From the NCBI GenBank assembly GCA_963730935.1, contig CAVSTP010000002.1, positions 960,001 to 1,024,000 on the forward strand: 64,000 bases of DNA, written 5' to 3'. Of the stretch, positions 1-10,139 are shown piece by piece. A program made the position numbers and the translations under genes. The stretch is from an uncultured Nitrospiraceae bacterium (lineage in GTDB: Bacteria > Nitrospirota > Nitrospiria > Nitrospirales > Nitrospiraceae). The notes under the pieces are model-generated. The model did not search any database and was not told the DNA's origin. It saw only the letters and a list, made by a program, of their open reading frames with translations. The first letter of the stretch is position 1. Every line of letters starts with the position of its first letter.

Positions 1-119
1 GCGTTGCCCATTCTCGGTAATGCTGTGCATTTTTGATGTTGCGTCGCAAATGCTGAAAGTCTCGCTCGCTCTAACCGGTGATAAACAAAGAGAAAGAACA
101 GAAACAATATGGGTCATGA

Positions 120-135
120 TGGCATCAGGATTGCA
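120..135 (+). promoter_or_regulatory. Sigma-54 (-24/-12) promoter
   Basis: TGGCAT-CAGGA-TTGCA matches TGGCAC-N5-TTGCA with exact GG-N10-GC spacing, upstream of the TPR gene. Confidence 0.65.
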
Positions 136-253
136 CATCTGGTCGCAGTTTCCCCCACGCGACATATTTGCGTCGGTTGGCGCCGAAGATGGAATCGGGC
201 TGAAACCAGCCATTAGAGCCGGTTTGTGCCCATTGATCTGCTAAGGTTAGAAC

Positions 254-3200
254 GTGCGAACGGACAAGCGCTCTTCTCAAAAACCCGACAAGAAACTGCC
301 CTCGCGGATGCATAAGCGAGGCATCGTCGGGTATAGCAAGAAAACCGCGCTGCTCGAAGAAGCAATCACCCACATGAACACCGGCAAGTACGGCCGGTCG
401 TCTGCTGCGCTGAAGGAACTCCTCGCTCTCGATCCACAGAATATCGAAGCCCGCCATTTGTTTGCGACACTCCACCTCCGGCTCGGCAGTCTCGTCACTG
501 CGAGGCAAGCCTTTGAATCGCTCGCCAATGAGGCGATCGGCCGACAAGATTATTGGCTCGCCGAATCTCTGTTGCGCGAGTACTTGGCCGCCGGACCCCG
601 CTGTGTTCCCTTTCTCGAACAGCTGGCCCAGGTCCATCAAGAAAAGGGCGACGAGATGGCCGCGGTTGTCGAACTAGGTAAAGCCATTGAGATTTTGCGG
701 GACGATCCCGACCCAGACAACCCACAGAAGGCTGCACAACTCTACTCAAAAATCCGCGAACTGGCTCCCGCAAGTTCCGTCGCGTTTCAGCTCGCTTCAT
801 TGTTTGACGTACAGACCGGTGAGTTGCTCATCCCCCCGACCACTCCTTCCACCCCACCCTCGGAGGATTTCACTCCTTCAACCGATGCTGTCATGTCGCC
901 GGCAAATGGTCCGGCTCAAGCTGTCGAGCACACTCTGCCGGAGGTCATGCCATGGGAGGTGGCCGAAGAATCGCCAGCGGCGGATGAAACGGAAACCGAC
1001 GCTCCTGAAGGTCCTACGCCGTCGGCGCCCGAGGAGATACCTGTACTGGAGTCGGCTGTCGATGAGGCACCCTTCTCCTACAAGATGAGTGAGCCGGTGC
1101 CTTCTGATGCTTCCTCGGATGATGCGATACAAGGCGTTGCAACGAGTGAAATGCCTTCGGAGACGCTGCACGGCGTTTCCTCGCCCATGCCTTGGGAACA
1201 GATGGCAGATGCCTCAGTGCAGATCCCTGAGCCCGAGACCCCTCCAACACCCGAGGCGTTCTCTCCACTCGAATCGGTCCTGGCCTCTCTGCGAACAGAG
1301 GACACGACAGTTGCGTCGTCGTCCCCGGCGATTGAAGAAACGCCACCAGAAGCACCAGCCGCCAGCGCGCACGTGGCAGAGCCTGCACCCTTAGAGACCG
1401 GCCAGACTGAATCCGCTTCATTGTCGGCACCCATGCCATGGGAGCAGATTTCTGATCCGGCGATTCAGATATCGGTCCCCGAGGCTGCACCCACACCTCC
1501 GCCTCAAGAATTCGAATCCAATGTGTCACCCGCGGCGCCCGACATCCTAGGTTCACTGGCTGTCTCCGACGCGGCTTCATGCCCGCAACCGGCTGCTGAA
1601 CTGACTGAGGCTCCACCGATGGAGCCCGCTCACTCGACGGAGCCTTCGGCTGCCAGCGCAGGCGAGGTCCCATCGGCCACATCGTTCTCGTGGAATTCCG
1701 TCTTTGACAAGGCCTGGAAATTCACAGCCGGCACCATGGCGCCCAGTCCGACTGTTCCGTCGGAAACCGCACTCGAGGCGACCGATGAGCCGCAGGCGAT
1801 GGAGACGCAGGCAGTGGAGAGCTCGGTCGTAGAACCACCCCCAGTCGCTTCCCCTTCCCGTCAAGAGGACCTCGTCGCTCCGGTCGCGCCAGAGACGCCC
1901 GTTTCCTTTTCACCGATTGTGAGTGGACAGGTCCCACAGCAAGTCGTTCCCACCACGCCGGTCGATTGTCCACCCATCCCTGCCGAGACATCTCCACGAC
2001 AAGAGACCCCCGCTCATTGGAACACCGGGGAAGTGGCGGTTCAGGTTCACCGGCCCTCCAAGAAGAAAAAACGGTGGGAGAAAGAGTCCGACGACGCTGC
2101 ACCGGCAGCGGAACCTCCATCGGCGGATGAATTGCTCCCGGAGCCCGAACCAGAAGAGAAACGACAATGGAAATCCACCGTTGACGAGCCGGCTCCCCCC
2201 GTGGAACCGGTGTTCAGCCCGCCGGTGGACTTGCGCCCAGAGTGGATGCAGGCGACGGAAGCGATTACCTTGGCTCGCACCGAACCAGCGGCGCCCCATG
2301 CAAGATGGAGCGATGCCGACGTGTTGGTCCCGCCCACCGCTGAGGCCGCAAGAGTGTCAGCCGTCGATGTGCTGTTTTCTCCGAGCCCGACGGCCGATGA
2401 AGTCCATCCACGTGGTTCTCTGTCCTGGGCGAAGCCGCGCCCCCGCCTGATGGCTCGCCTCCACCGAGTCCGGATCGGGATTTCCTCGTTCATCGGCTCG
2501 TGCTTTTCGACCACTCGTTCCCTCACCTTTCTCGCCTTCATGATCACGATTGCCACCGTTGTGGTGGCTGCGGCCGGCGTAGGAGCGGTCGGCGTGATGT
2601 GGATGGTTATGGAGGACCCACCGAGTTCGCTCTATCAAACCTTGACCATCTCGCCTCCGCGTGTGATTACGGATGCCAAGAAGAATGGCTATCTCCTTCT
2701 GCTGGGCTTCGATGCGCCCGACGGCCAAAATCCGGTTCAGGCCGGATATGAACGGAAGGCGGAGCCACAGCGTGACCGAGTCACGGCCCAGGTGTGTCTT
2801 GGCGACGAAATCAAAACACCTGGCGTCACCGGGGGAGCGTCCGATCACGTGGTCAAGGGATGGATCCGGAGCGGCGACCTCCTGTCGAACCTCAAAAGCC
2901 AAGGCGCGACCCTCAGATCTTTGAGCTCTCGGGAGTCGACCGCCCTGGCTCGCTATCAGCAATGGCTCGCGATGCCTTTCGACGATTGGGGCTTCGGACA
3001 GTCGGTCGGCCCGAACTGCACCCGTGTGTTGCTAGCGCACCGGCTCTTCGTGTTGGACGGATTCAATCAGGACCTGCCCACGGGTCTCGACCGACTGGAA
3101 GCCGACTTCCAGGCGTGGCGGGTGGCCCTCGCACAGTCCAAGACACTGCCGATGAAGATGCTGGCCGTGACGGCCGTGCAGGACGACGCCTCGGTAGCTT

Positions 3201-3889
3201 CCGGACTGCTTAGCCGCGTGGATCTTGACGGAGGCTCGCTTGCCAAATTGAGCAAGATGGTCCGTCCTCTCGATCAGGTAGAACTATCCATACGTTGGCC
3301 GATGCAAAGTCAGTTTGTCTGGGCGACGAAAGCGGTTTCGTCCGAGCTCAGAGACGACAAAGCGGCAGACCGCCCCTGGTATGTCTCAATCACGGCAGCG
3401 ATGCGCCTGCCGGTTCAACGCCGTGCCAACGCCTATGCGGAATATTACGAAGCGGCCAACAAGACGGTTGCCGGCAGCCGATATACGAATTTGCCCAAGC
3501 TTTCGACATTCGTCCAAACGCCTCCGTCTGGGTTGATGGATTATTTGACCAACCCTGTCGAGCACATCGTGGGCATTGAGCCGCTGCCGTCGTGGGATCC
3601 CTTCGTGATGCGGATGGTCGAGGCCGATGCGCAACTTCGTTTAGTAGGGCTGCAGGCCTGGCTTAGGCGCGGACCACAAGATAGCGACGTCCTCATGCGG
3701 TTGGCGAAAGCCGGTCAAGCGTACTATGATCCCTTTACAGGCCTTCCGATGCTGGTCAACCAGCGCAAAGGGGTAATCTACAGCGTCGGGCGGGATGGGA
3801 AGGACCAGGAAGGCGATGATGTTCGCGACGTGACAGCGATAATCCCTCTCTCAGCTTCTGAATCCCGCCGTAGTGCCTCACTCCGGTAG
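254..3889 (+). CDS. Large TPR-containing membrane protein with long Pro/Glu/Ser-rich linker (start may be ATG 308)
   Basis: N-terminal helical TPR-like repeats (ALKELLALDPQNIEARHLFA), acidic low-complexity region, one TM segment (FLAFMITIATVVVAAAGVGAVGVMW), C-terminal globular domain. Confidence 0.8.
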   Translation: MRTDKRSSQKPDKKLPSRMHKRGIVGYSKKTALLEEAITHMNTGKYGRSSAALKELLALDPQNIEARHLFATLHLRLGSLVTARQAFESLANEAIGRQDYWLAESLLREYLAAGPRCVPFLEQLAQVHQEKGDEMAAVVELGKAIEILRDDPDPDNPQKAAQLYSKIRELAPASSVAFQLASLFDVQTGELLIPPTTPSTPPSEDFTPSTDAVMSPANGPAQAVEHTLPEVMPWEVAEESPAADETETDAPEGPTPSAPEEIPVLESAVDEAPFSYKMSEPVPSDASSDDAIQGVATSEMPSETLHGVSSPMPWEQMADASVQIPEPETPPTPEAFSPLESVLASLRTEDTTVASSSPAIEETPPEAPAASAHVAEPAPLETGQTESASLSAPMPWEQISDPAIQISVPEAAPTPPPQEFESNVSPAAPDILGSLAVSDAASCPQPAAELTEAPPMEPAHSTEPSAASAGEVPSATSFSWNSVFDKAWKFTAGTMAPSPTVPSETALEATDEPQAMETQAVESSVVEPPPVASPSRQEDLVAPVAPETPVSFSPIVSGQVPQQVVPTTPVDCPPIPAETSPRQETPAHWNTGEVAVQVHRPSKKKKRWEKESDDAAPAAEPPSADELLPEPEPEEKRQWKSTVDEPAPPVEPVFSPPVDLRPEWMQATEAITLARTEPAAPHARWSDADVLVPPTAEAARVSAVDVLFSPSPTADEVHPRGSLSWAKPRPRLMARLHRVRIGISSFIGSCFSTTRSLTFLAFMITIATVVVAAAGVGAVGVMWMVMEDPPSSLYQTLTISPPRVITDAKKNGYLLLLGFDAPDGQNPVQAGYERKAEPQRDRVTAQVCLGDEIKTPGVTGGASDHVVKGWIRSGDLLSNLKSQGATLRSLSSRESTALARYQQWLAMPFDDWGFGQSVGPNCTRVLLAHRLFVLDGFNQDLPTGLDRLEADFQAWRVALAQSKTLPMKMLAVTAVQDDASVASGLLSRVDLDGGSLAKLSKMVRPLDQVELSIRWPMQSQFVWATKAVSSELRDDKAADRPWYVSITAAMRLPVQRRANAYAEYYEAANKTVAGSRYTNLPKLSTFVQTPPSGLMDYLTNPVEHIVGIEPLPSWDPFVMRMVEADAQLRLVGLQAWLRRGPQDSDVLMRLAKAGQAYYDPFTGLPMLVNQRKGVIYSVGRDGKDQEGDDVRDVTAIIPLSASESRRSASLR

Positions 3890-3958
3890 ACCTTTCGTCC
3901 TGTATATCCCGACGGCTCTCCCCGAGCTGTGACCCGCACAGGCCGTGTCGCCGGTCGC

Positions 3959-3987
3959 TTGACAGTGGCGAGGCTATTCCAGACAAT
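3959..3987 (+). promoter_or_regulatory. Putative sigma-70 promoter
   Basis: TTGACA-17 nt-GACAAT upstream of ATG 4022. Confidence 0.45.
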
Positions 3988-4021
3988 CCCACTAGCGGCG
4001 TACCTGTCCGGAGCACCGGCC

Positions 4022-5491
4022 ATGAATCGTGATTGGACATCTCGGTTTCGTCGTGGAGTCCGATCTACGGGACCGATCCCCACCCAAATTGTGTCGAACG
4101 AGGAATTCCTGCCCTGGCCTCGCACCGCGGAGCAGTCGTTGGTGGAGGAGGCCCTCCTCAAAGCGAGCGGGGAGGCGTCGATGCGACTCGGCATGAGCCG
4201 TAGGCAGTTTCTCAAGACGTCCGGTGGCATGGCTGCGGCGCTCATGGCGATGAATTCGGTGTTCGGCAGCCTATTTGACGTCCTGCAGACGGAACTGTTT
4301 GAACCGGCCGCCTTTGCCGAGCGACAGGGAGACCCCTTTTTCATTTTCGACGTGCAAACACATTATGTCAGCGCCGGGTATGATCCGACGGATGCCGAAG
4401 GCCGCCGTCGGGGAGCGGTGACGAAGGATGCGTTATTGGGATTGCGCCGCCGCGCGCGAGAGACGGGACTCAATCCCCGGCTCTCGGCCGACCGCGGGAC
4501 GCTCGATGATCTCTCGTGGCAGAACTTCATCAAAGAAGTGTTTTTCGACAGTGAAACGTCTATCGGCCTCATTAGTACGCCGCCTGGACCGTATCCCCAG
4601 GAAGCGGTCGTGCCGCCGAAGGAGATGGCCCACATCAGAGACGAGGTCAACCGGCTGGCAGGATCCCAACGCATGCTGGCCCACGGACTCGCGACGCCTC
4701 AATTGGGGGCTGCGGATCTGGATTTCATGACCATGCAGGCCGAGCAACTGAAGATCGATGCCTGGAAATGCTATACAGGATCGTGCCCGAAGGGCTTTGA
4801 CCATGGCTGGTGGATGGACGATGAGAAGATCGCCTACCCGATGCTCGAACACGCGAGAAAGCTCAATGTAAAGCGCGTGTGCGTCCATAAGGGGCTCCCG
4901 CTGGGCCCCGTCCCGGAATACAACCATCCGAAGGATCTCATCAAGGCGGCCAAGGATTTCCCCGATATTGATTTCCTCGTTTATCACTCGGGTATGAAAA
5001 GCGCCGCTTCCATCGATGAAGCGTTTGAGAAGACCGGCGAGATACCTTGGACCACGGAATTTTGCCGCATGAAAAAAGCCAACCCCGGGCTGAAGAACAT
5101 TTACATGGAGATTGGTTCAACGTTCGCACAGCTCGTGACCACCCATCCGATGGTGTGTGCGCATTTCTTCGGGCAGATTCTGGACGCGTTCGACGTCGAT
5201 CACGTGCTGTGGGGCACCGACTCGATCTGGTACGGGACCCCTCAGTGGCAGGTCGAAGCGTTTCGGCGGTTTCAGATGCCTGAGCCGCTGATCGAGAAGC
5301 ACAAGTATCACGCGCTCACGCGCGATGTGAAATCCAAGATCTTCGGGTTGAATGCCGCGGGACTATTTGGCGTCGATGTTGCTGCGGTCAGGAATGCCCT
5401 GCCGAAAGATGCGGTGGGTCGCCTTCGCCTCAGCTATCACGAAGAAGGCACAGAGCCGAGTCACAGGCTGTATGGGTGGGTGGCACGATAA
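4022..5491 (+). CDS. Amidohydrolase family (Amidohydro_2) protein
   Basis: DVQTH, VHKG, YHSG and WGTDS metal-site motifs; C-terminal KIFGLNAA; RRQFLK motif near the N-terminus. Confidence 0.85.
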   Translation: MNRDWTSRFRRGVRSTGPIPTQIVSNEEFLPWPRTAEQSLVEEALLKASGEASMRLGMSRRQFLKTSGGMAAALMAMNSVFGSLFDVLQTELFEPAAFAERQGDPFFIFDVQTHYVSAGYDPTDAEGRRRGAVTKDALLGLRRRARETGLNPRLSADRGTLDDLSWQNFIKEVFFDSETSIGLISTPPGPYPQEAVVPPKEMAHIRDEVNRLAGSQRMLAHGLATPQLGAADLDFMTMQAEQLKIDAWKCYTGSCPKGFDHGWWMDDEKIAYPMLEHARKLNVKRVCVHKGLPLGPVPEYNHPKDLIKAAKDFPDIDFLVYHSGMKSAASIDEAFEKTGEIPWTTEFCRMKKANPGLKNIYMEIGSTFAQLVTTHPMVCAHFFGQILDAFDVDHVLWGTDSIWYGTPQWQVEAFRRFQMPEPLIEKHKYHALTRDVKSKIFGLNAAGLFGVDVAAVRNALPKDAVGRLRLSYHEEGTEPSHRLYGWVAR

Positions 5492-5494
5492 GAA

Positions 5495-5589
5495 CGGGTC
5501 CTGTCACCGACCAGCCCAGCCGTCCTCGCACCCCGCCCGGTGTAGGGACCCCGCTGCGGGCGGCAGGGCGCCCAGGTCGGTGCCACCCG
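5495..5589. repeat. Long imperfect intergenic inverted repeat
   Basis: CACCGACC (5505-5512) pairs with GGTCGGTG (5575-5582); inner GCCC/GCCG..CGCA pairs with TGCG..CGGC/GGGC; outer CGGG/CCCG. Confidence 0.55.
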
Positions 5590-5624
5590 CAACACCTTTG
5601 TGACTCGGTAGAGGAGAGAAAAAA

Positions 5625-6308
5625 ATGAAGAGTGAAATTCTGTATCCGGGGGCGTTTCCGATGGCCCGTGTAGAATTGGCTGCAGGCGAAGCCATCAAGG
5701 CCGAATCCGGTGCCATGGTCGCCTCGTCCCCGACGATTGACGTCGAGAGCAAAATGGAGGGCGGTTTTCTCGGCGCCCTGTCACGCAAGTTCCTGACCGG
5801 CGAAAAGTTCTTTTTTCAGACGCTTCGGGCGAGTCGGGGGCCGGGCGAGGTGCTCTTGGCGCCGACGGTGCCTGGGGAGATCGTCATGATGGAACTCGAC
5901 GGGGTCAACGAATATATGGTGCAAAAGGACGGGTTCCTGGCGGGCGACGAGATGATCAAGCTGGACAGTCAGATGCAGAGCCTCAGCCGTGGCCTGCTTG
6001 GCGGCGAAGGGTTCTTTATTCTCAAGGTGAGCGGGAAAGGGACCCTGTTGTTGAACAGTTTCGGGGCCATCCATAAAATCGAACTCAAGCCCGACCAAGA
6101 ATATATTGTCGACAATAGCCATTTGGTTGCTTGGTCGGGCACCACTTCCTACAACATCGAGCGTGCCGCTTCGGGATGGGTTGCCAGCTTCACGTCCGGC
6201 GAGGGATTCGTGTGCCGATTTCGCGGTCCCGGCGTTGTCTATATCCAGAGCCGGAATCCTGGCGGTTTCGGCGCGTGGGTGCGTCAGTTCATTCCCGTCT
6301 CCGAATGA
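5625..6308 (+). CDS. TIGR00266 / AIM24 family protein
   Basis: AESGAMV, GGEGFF, YIVDNSHLVAW, SGEGFVCRFRGPGVVYIQSRN motifs; GGAG RBS. Confidence 0.9.
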   Translation: MKSEILYPGAFPMARVELAAGEAIKAESGAMVASSPTIDVESKMEGGFLGALSRKFLTGEKFFFQTLRASRGPGEVLLAPTVPGEIVMMELDGVNEYMVQKDGFLAGDEMIKLDSQMQSLSRGLLGGEGFFILKVSGKGTLLLNSFGAIHKIELKPDQEYIVDNSHLVAWSGTTSYNIERAASGWVASFTSGEGFVCRFRGPGVVYIQSRNPGGFGAWVRQFIPVSE

Positions 6309-6331
6309 AGTGAAAGGGCGGCGCTTCGCTG

Positions 6332-7459
6332 ATGAACAGCCCCAACGCTCTTTGCTTCGGCGAGGAGTTTCCTGCCACAGGCGTGCCATGTCACGTGGAA
6401 GTGTCCTCCTCGGGACTGACGGTGCGATTTCAGGAGGATGTGCGGGGGCTCGACCAATTGAGCTTACCGTTTTCCACCGTCTCCGTAACGGCCGGCGGTC
6501 TTGACCACGATCAATTGGTCGTACGGTGGGGGCTGACACCACAGATACAGACGTTGTATCTCAAGGATCCGGCGGTGATCCGTGCCTTTCGATCGGCTGC
6601 CCCGCCCGATCTGACGAAGCACCTGGACGAGACCGCGGCCATGGTTCGACGGGTGCGAAGCCGAAATCGGACAGTCTGGGCCCTCGTGATGGTTGTCATC
6701 GGAGGCCTGGTCCTCTCGGTCTGGTTCAGCACTGATGTCCTGGTCGGATGGGCCGTCGATCGTATCCCGGTGGAGTGGGAGAAGCGGCTGGGCCAATCTG
6801 CCTACCAAGACTTTTTGGTGCAACAGACCGTGATGAAGGAGGGGGCCTCGGTTGCGGCGGTGCATGAAATCAGTCAGCGGCTCCTTGAGCGCGTTCCCAA
6901 CAATCCCTACACCTTCGAGATCTCCGTCGTGAAGAACGATGTCGTCAACGCCTTTGCATTGCCTGGCGGCTATGTCGTCGTGTTCACCGGCCTGCTTGAG
7001 CAGGCGAAGAGCGGGGAGGAGGTGGCAGGCGTATTGAGCCACGAATTCAATCATGTCCTCGAGCGGCATGGCCTCGAGCGGATCGTCAAGCAACTGGGCG
7101 TTGTGGCGGTGATCGGGATCATCCTTGGTGATCAACAGGGATTGGCCGGCGTCATGAAACAGGTGGGTGTCGAGTTGCTCTCCCTGAAATTCGGTCGGGC
7201 ACAAGAGACGGAGGCCGATGTCACGGGGCTCCAGTTGCTCCATCGGGCCCGTATCGATCCTGCCGGAATGATCACCTTTTTTCAGCGGATGTCGGAGCAG
7301 GAACAGGGACGGGTGGAATGGCTGTCCACCCATCCCATGAGCGCCGCTCGCGCTGAGCGGCTCAAGAAAGAAATGGCGTTGCTCCCCAAAACCGTGCCAG
7401 AGCCATTTACATTCCAATGGGAAACCGTTCAAGCATCAGCCGGAGCCGCCAGGCGCTGA
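6332..7459 (+). CDS. M48 family metallopeptidase
   Basis: NAFALPGG, HEFNH (HEXXH), QETEAD, STHP motifs; one TM. Confidence 0.9.
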   Translation: MNSPNALCFGEEFPATGVPCHVEVSSSGLTVRFQEDVRGLDQLSLPFSTVSVTAGGLDHDQLVVRWGLTPQIQTLYLKDPAVIRAFRSAAPPDLTKHLDETAAMVRRVRSRNRTVWALVMVVIGGLVLSVWFSTDVLVGWAVDRIPVEWEKRLGQSAYQDFLVQQTVMKEGASVAAVHEISQRLLERVPNNPYTFEISVVKNDVVNAFALPGGYVVVFTGLLEQAKSGEEVAGVLSHEFNHVLERHGLERIVKQLGVVAVIGIILGDQQGLAGVMKQVGVELLSLKFGRAQETEADVTGLQLLHRARIDPAGMITFFQRMSEQEQGRVEWLSTHPMSAARAERLKKEMALLPKTVPEPFTFQWETVQASAGAARR

Positions 7460-8010
7460 CCAAGCGCCGGACGCTTCGGATCGGAGTGATCACCGATACC
7501 CATGGGCTCTACGATCCGGCGATCGAGCCGCATTTTCGCGGGGTCGAGGAAATCCTGCATGCCGGCGATATCGGCGACAAGGAGGTGATTCGACGCCTGC
7601 GTCGACTTGCGCCGGTCACGGCGGTCTCCGGTAATGTGGATGACTACGAAGCGAGCGGGTTTCCCCGCCGACGCCTGCTGTTAAGGGGCGGACTGAGGAT
7701 TGCCCTCTGTCATGTGCTGTATGAACGAGGGAAGATGACGCCTGAGGCGGAGGCCTGGTTGGATCGCGAGCAACCGGATGTGTGCGTGTTCGGCCATAGC
7801 CACCGTCCCACACTGGCCCAGCATGGCCGCACGATGCTCTTTAATCCCGGGTCCGCAGGCCCCAGACGGTTTTCCTTACCGCGTGGTGTCGGCATCCTGA
7901 CGGTGGGAACCGGGAAGACGACGCCTACCTTGATTCGTCTGAGCGACCGCGTCGCTGCAAGCTCTCCGTCACCAAAAATCTCGGGTCGAGCGAAAGGAGC
8001 CTCATCATGA
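7417..8010 (+). CDS. YfcE-like metallophosphoesterase (start uncertain)
   Basis: DTH, HAGD, GNVD, GHSH, NPGS motifs. Confidence 0.85.
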   Translation: MGNRSSISRSRQALTKRRTLRIGVITDTHGLYDPAIEPHFRGVEEILHAGDIGDKEVIRRLRRLAPVTAVSGNVDDYEASGFPRRRLLLRGGLRIALCHVLYERGKMTPEAEAWLDREQPDVCVFGHSHRPTLAQHGRTMLFNPGSAGPRRFSLPRGVGILTVGTGKTTPTLIRLSDRVAASSPSPKISGRAKGASS

Positions 8011-8594
8011 AAGCCGGACGATTGTCACGCGGGGTTGTGTCCAGCCTGGTCGTGGTCAGCCTCATGACAGCAGGCTCAGGATGTTTTGGGCCGTTTAACC
8101 TGACCAGGAACGTGTATAACTGGAATAGCGGAATCAAGGGGAGCGGTGAAGTCAACGAAAAATGGATGAAGGAGATCGTGTTCTTCGGCATGATCGTCAT
8201 CCCTGTCTACATGTTTTCGGCGCTGCTCGACGCCTTTGTCTTCAACGCGATCCAGTTTTGGAGCGGCAGCAACCCGGTGAAAGTCACGCAAGGGCCCGAT
8301 GGACACATTCAAGAAGTTCAAATTGTGGACCAGAACATTCTCGTGACGTGGTCGGAAGATCATCGTTCGGCTGCCCTGACATATCAGCAGCAGGGGCGGA
8401 TCATAAAAACAGCGCTCATTGTGGAAGATGACACTGGATATAGACTCCTAGAAGGAGGACGGACTCTCGTTCTCACCGAACAGGCTCTCGATGGTGGAGT
8501 TAACTTTGTGGATGGCGATTGTCGGCTGATCGATCATGTATCTTTCCACCTCCTTTGGCGGGTATCGAATGACCTGGCACGACCATCGTCATAG
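8007..8594 (+). CDS. DUF3332 family lipoprotein
   Basis: Lipobox-like GSGC followed by FGPFNLTRNVYNWN, and DAFVFNAIQFWSGSNP. Confidence 0.75.
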   Translation: MKAGRLSRGVVSSLVVVSLMTAGSGCFGPFNLTRNVYNWNSGIKGSGEVNEKWMKEIVFFGMIVIPVYMFSALLDAFVFNAIQFWSGSNPVKVTQGPDGHIQEVQIVDQNILVTWSEDHRSAALTYQQQGRIIKTALIVEDDTGYRLLEGGRTLVLTEQALDGGVNFVDGDCRLIDHVSFHLLWRVSNDLARPSS

Positions 8595-8849
8595 CGACAT
8601 TGTCCAGTGTGTTTCCAGAACGTGAACCACCACTGTCCGCCATGGCCGGGTTAATCGCAGGCGTATAACGCCGGTCGATCAGCACCTGTCGCCTCAGCGG
8701 AAAAGCCCGAACAATCCAGAAATATTGCAGCCTTTTGCAATCATCCCTCCAACCTTCTTTTATCCAAACCCTCAGGTGATGACCCTAACTGGGGGATTGT
8801 ATTTTTCAACGTCGTTGCCTAGGCTTACCCTCAAACTGAGGGTATTGGG

Positions 8850-10133
8850 ATGTCTTCCAATAGTGCAAGAGTCGGCATCCTACTCGTGCTCTGCGCGCTT
8901 ACTTCCTGCACCGCTTCCACCAATACAAAACGCACCACCGTATCTCACCCTTCGGGACTTCCGGAATCCGGCAACGATGTTCTCTCTGATACCAGACAGC
9001 AGTATCCGTCCGACCTGTATCTAACTGGCATTGGAGAAGGGACTTCGGAAAAGGCTGCGACCGAGCTCGCCCGTGCCGATCTCTTAAAGAAGGTCCGTGC
9101 AGAAGTGAAAGTGACGTGGACGGATTTCATGCTGGAGAGAAACGGTCGTGGAGAGCAAGAACTGTCGCGGTTGGTAGAGACTCGTGTAACGGAGCTGGTC
9201 AAGGGCATCGAGGTCGTGAATCAATGGATGGACTCCAGCGCTGGTCTAACCTACTGCGTGGTAGTTTTGCCGAAAACAGAGGTATCTAGAATCCTTCAAA
9301 GCTCTCAGGGTCAAAGCGAGGTGGTTCCGGAGTCCCTAGACGCTTCTCCGGTGCGAGACGACATCTGGGTAACAGCCGAGGGAACCGTACTCTTCAGCGA
9401 GGACACGACAATAGAGGAAGCCAGAACACGTTCGCGCGATGAGGCGCGACGTAAGGCCATTGAGCAAGCGATCGGGGTTTTTGTGAGAGCCAGCACAGTG
9501 GTGTACAACGCTGGGCTGGCCGAGGACCTCGTCCATTCGATCGTCCGGGGTGTTGTGATTGAGGAGCAGATCCTCTCAGAGGGACTGCGAGAAGTCGATA
9601 TTGGTAAGGGGAAAAAAGCGCTGATCCATGATACGACGCTCAGAGCTCTGATTAGGCCGGTTCCGGCCGAACGTCGCACCAACTTTGCGGTTAGGGGTAA
9701 TCTTAACAAGCCCATATTCTTTGCCAATGAAGAAATGGTGATCACGGTCGCGGCTTCCGAGGCAGCCTACATTCATATTTTCAATGTCGAACAGGACAAT
9801 GCGGTCACCGTTTTGTTTCCCAATAAGTTCAGGCGAGATAATTTCTTGACCGGGAAGAAAGAGTTGACCTTCCCGGACGACGAGCTTCGAGATATGGGAG
9901 TGCGCCTCCGCGTCATCCCTCCTGCAGGAGCCAGTAAAGCTCTTGAGAAAATCAAATTGATTGCCACTAAGAAGAACCTAGATTTACCGCGAGGCAAGTT
10001 CAATGATGCGAGCTTCCAAACCTATCAGGGACAGGACACCGGTTTAGTCACTGATCTTATGAAGGAGCTAACCAAGTTGGACGACACGGAGTGGGCTGAA
10101 ATGACCGTATCGTATGAGGTTCTCAAGAAATAG
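8850..10133 (+). CDS. Lipoprotein with LPP20-like N-terminal and DUF4384-like C-terminal domains
   Basis: LTSC lipobox; YLTGIGEG..AATELARADL; AYIHIFNVEQDNAVTVLFPN..FP. Confidence 0.7.
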   Translation: MSSNSARVGILLVLCALTSCTASTNTKRTTVSHPSGLPESGNDVLSDTRQQYPSDLYLTGIGEGTSEKAATELARADLLKKVRAEVKVTWTDFMLERNGRGEQELSRLVETRVTELVKGIEVVNQWMDSSAGLTYCVVVLPKTEVSRILQSSQGQSEVVPESLDASPVRDDIWVTAEGTVLFSEDTTIEEARTRSRDEARRKAIEQAIGVFVRASTVVYNAGLAEDLVHSIVRGVVIEEQILSEGLREVDIGKGKKALIHDTTLRALIRPVPAERRTNFAVRGNLNKPIFFANEEMVITVAASEAAYIHIFNVEQDNAVTVLFPNKFRRDNFLTGKKELTFPDDELRDMGVRLRVIPPAGASKALEKIKLIATKKNLDLPRGKFNDASFQTYQGQDTGLVTDLMKELTKLDDTEWAEMTVSYEVLKK

Positions 10134-10139
10134 CCAGTA

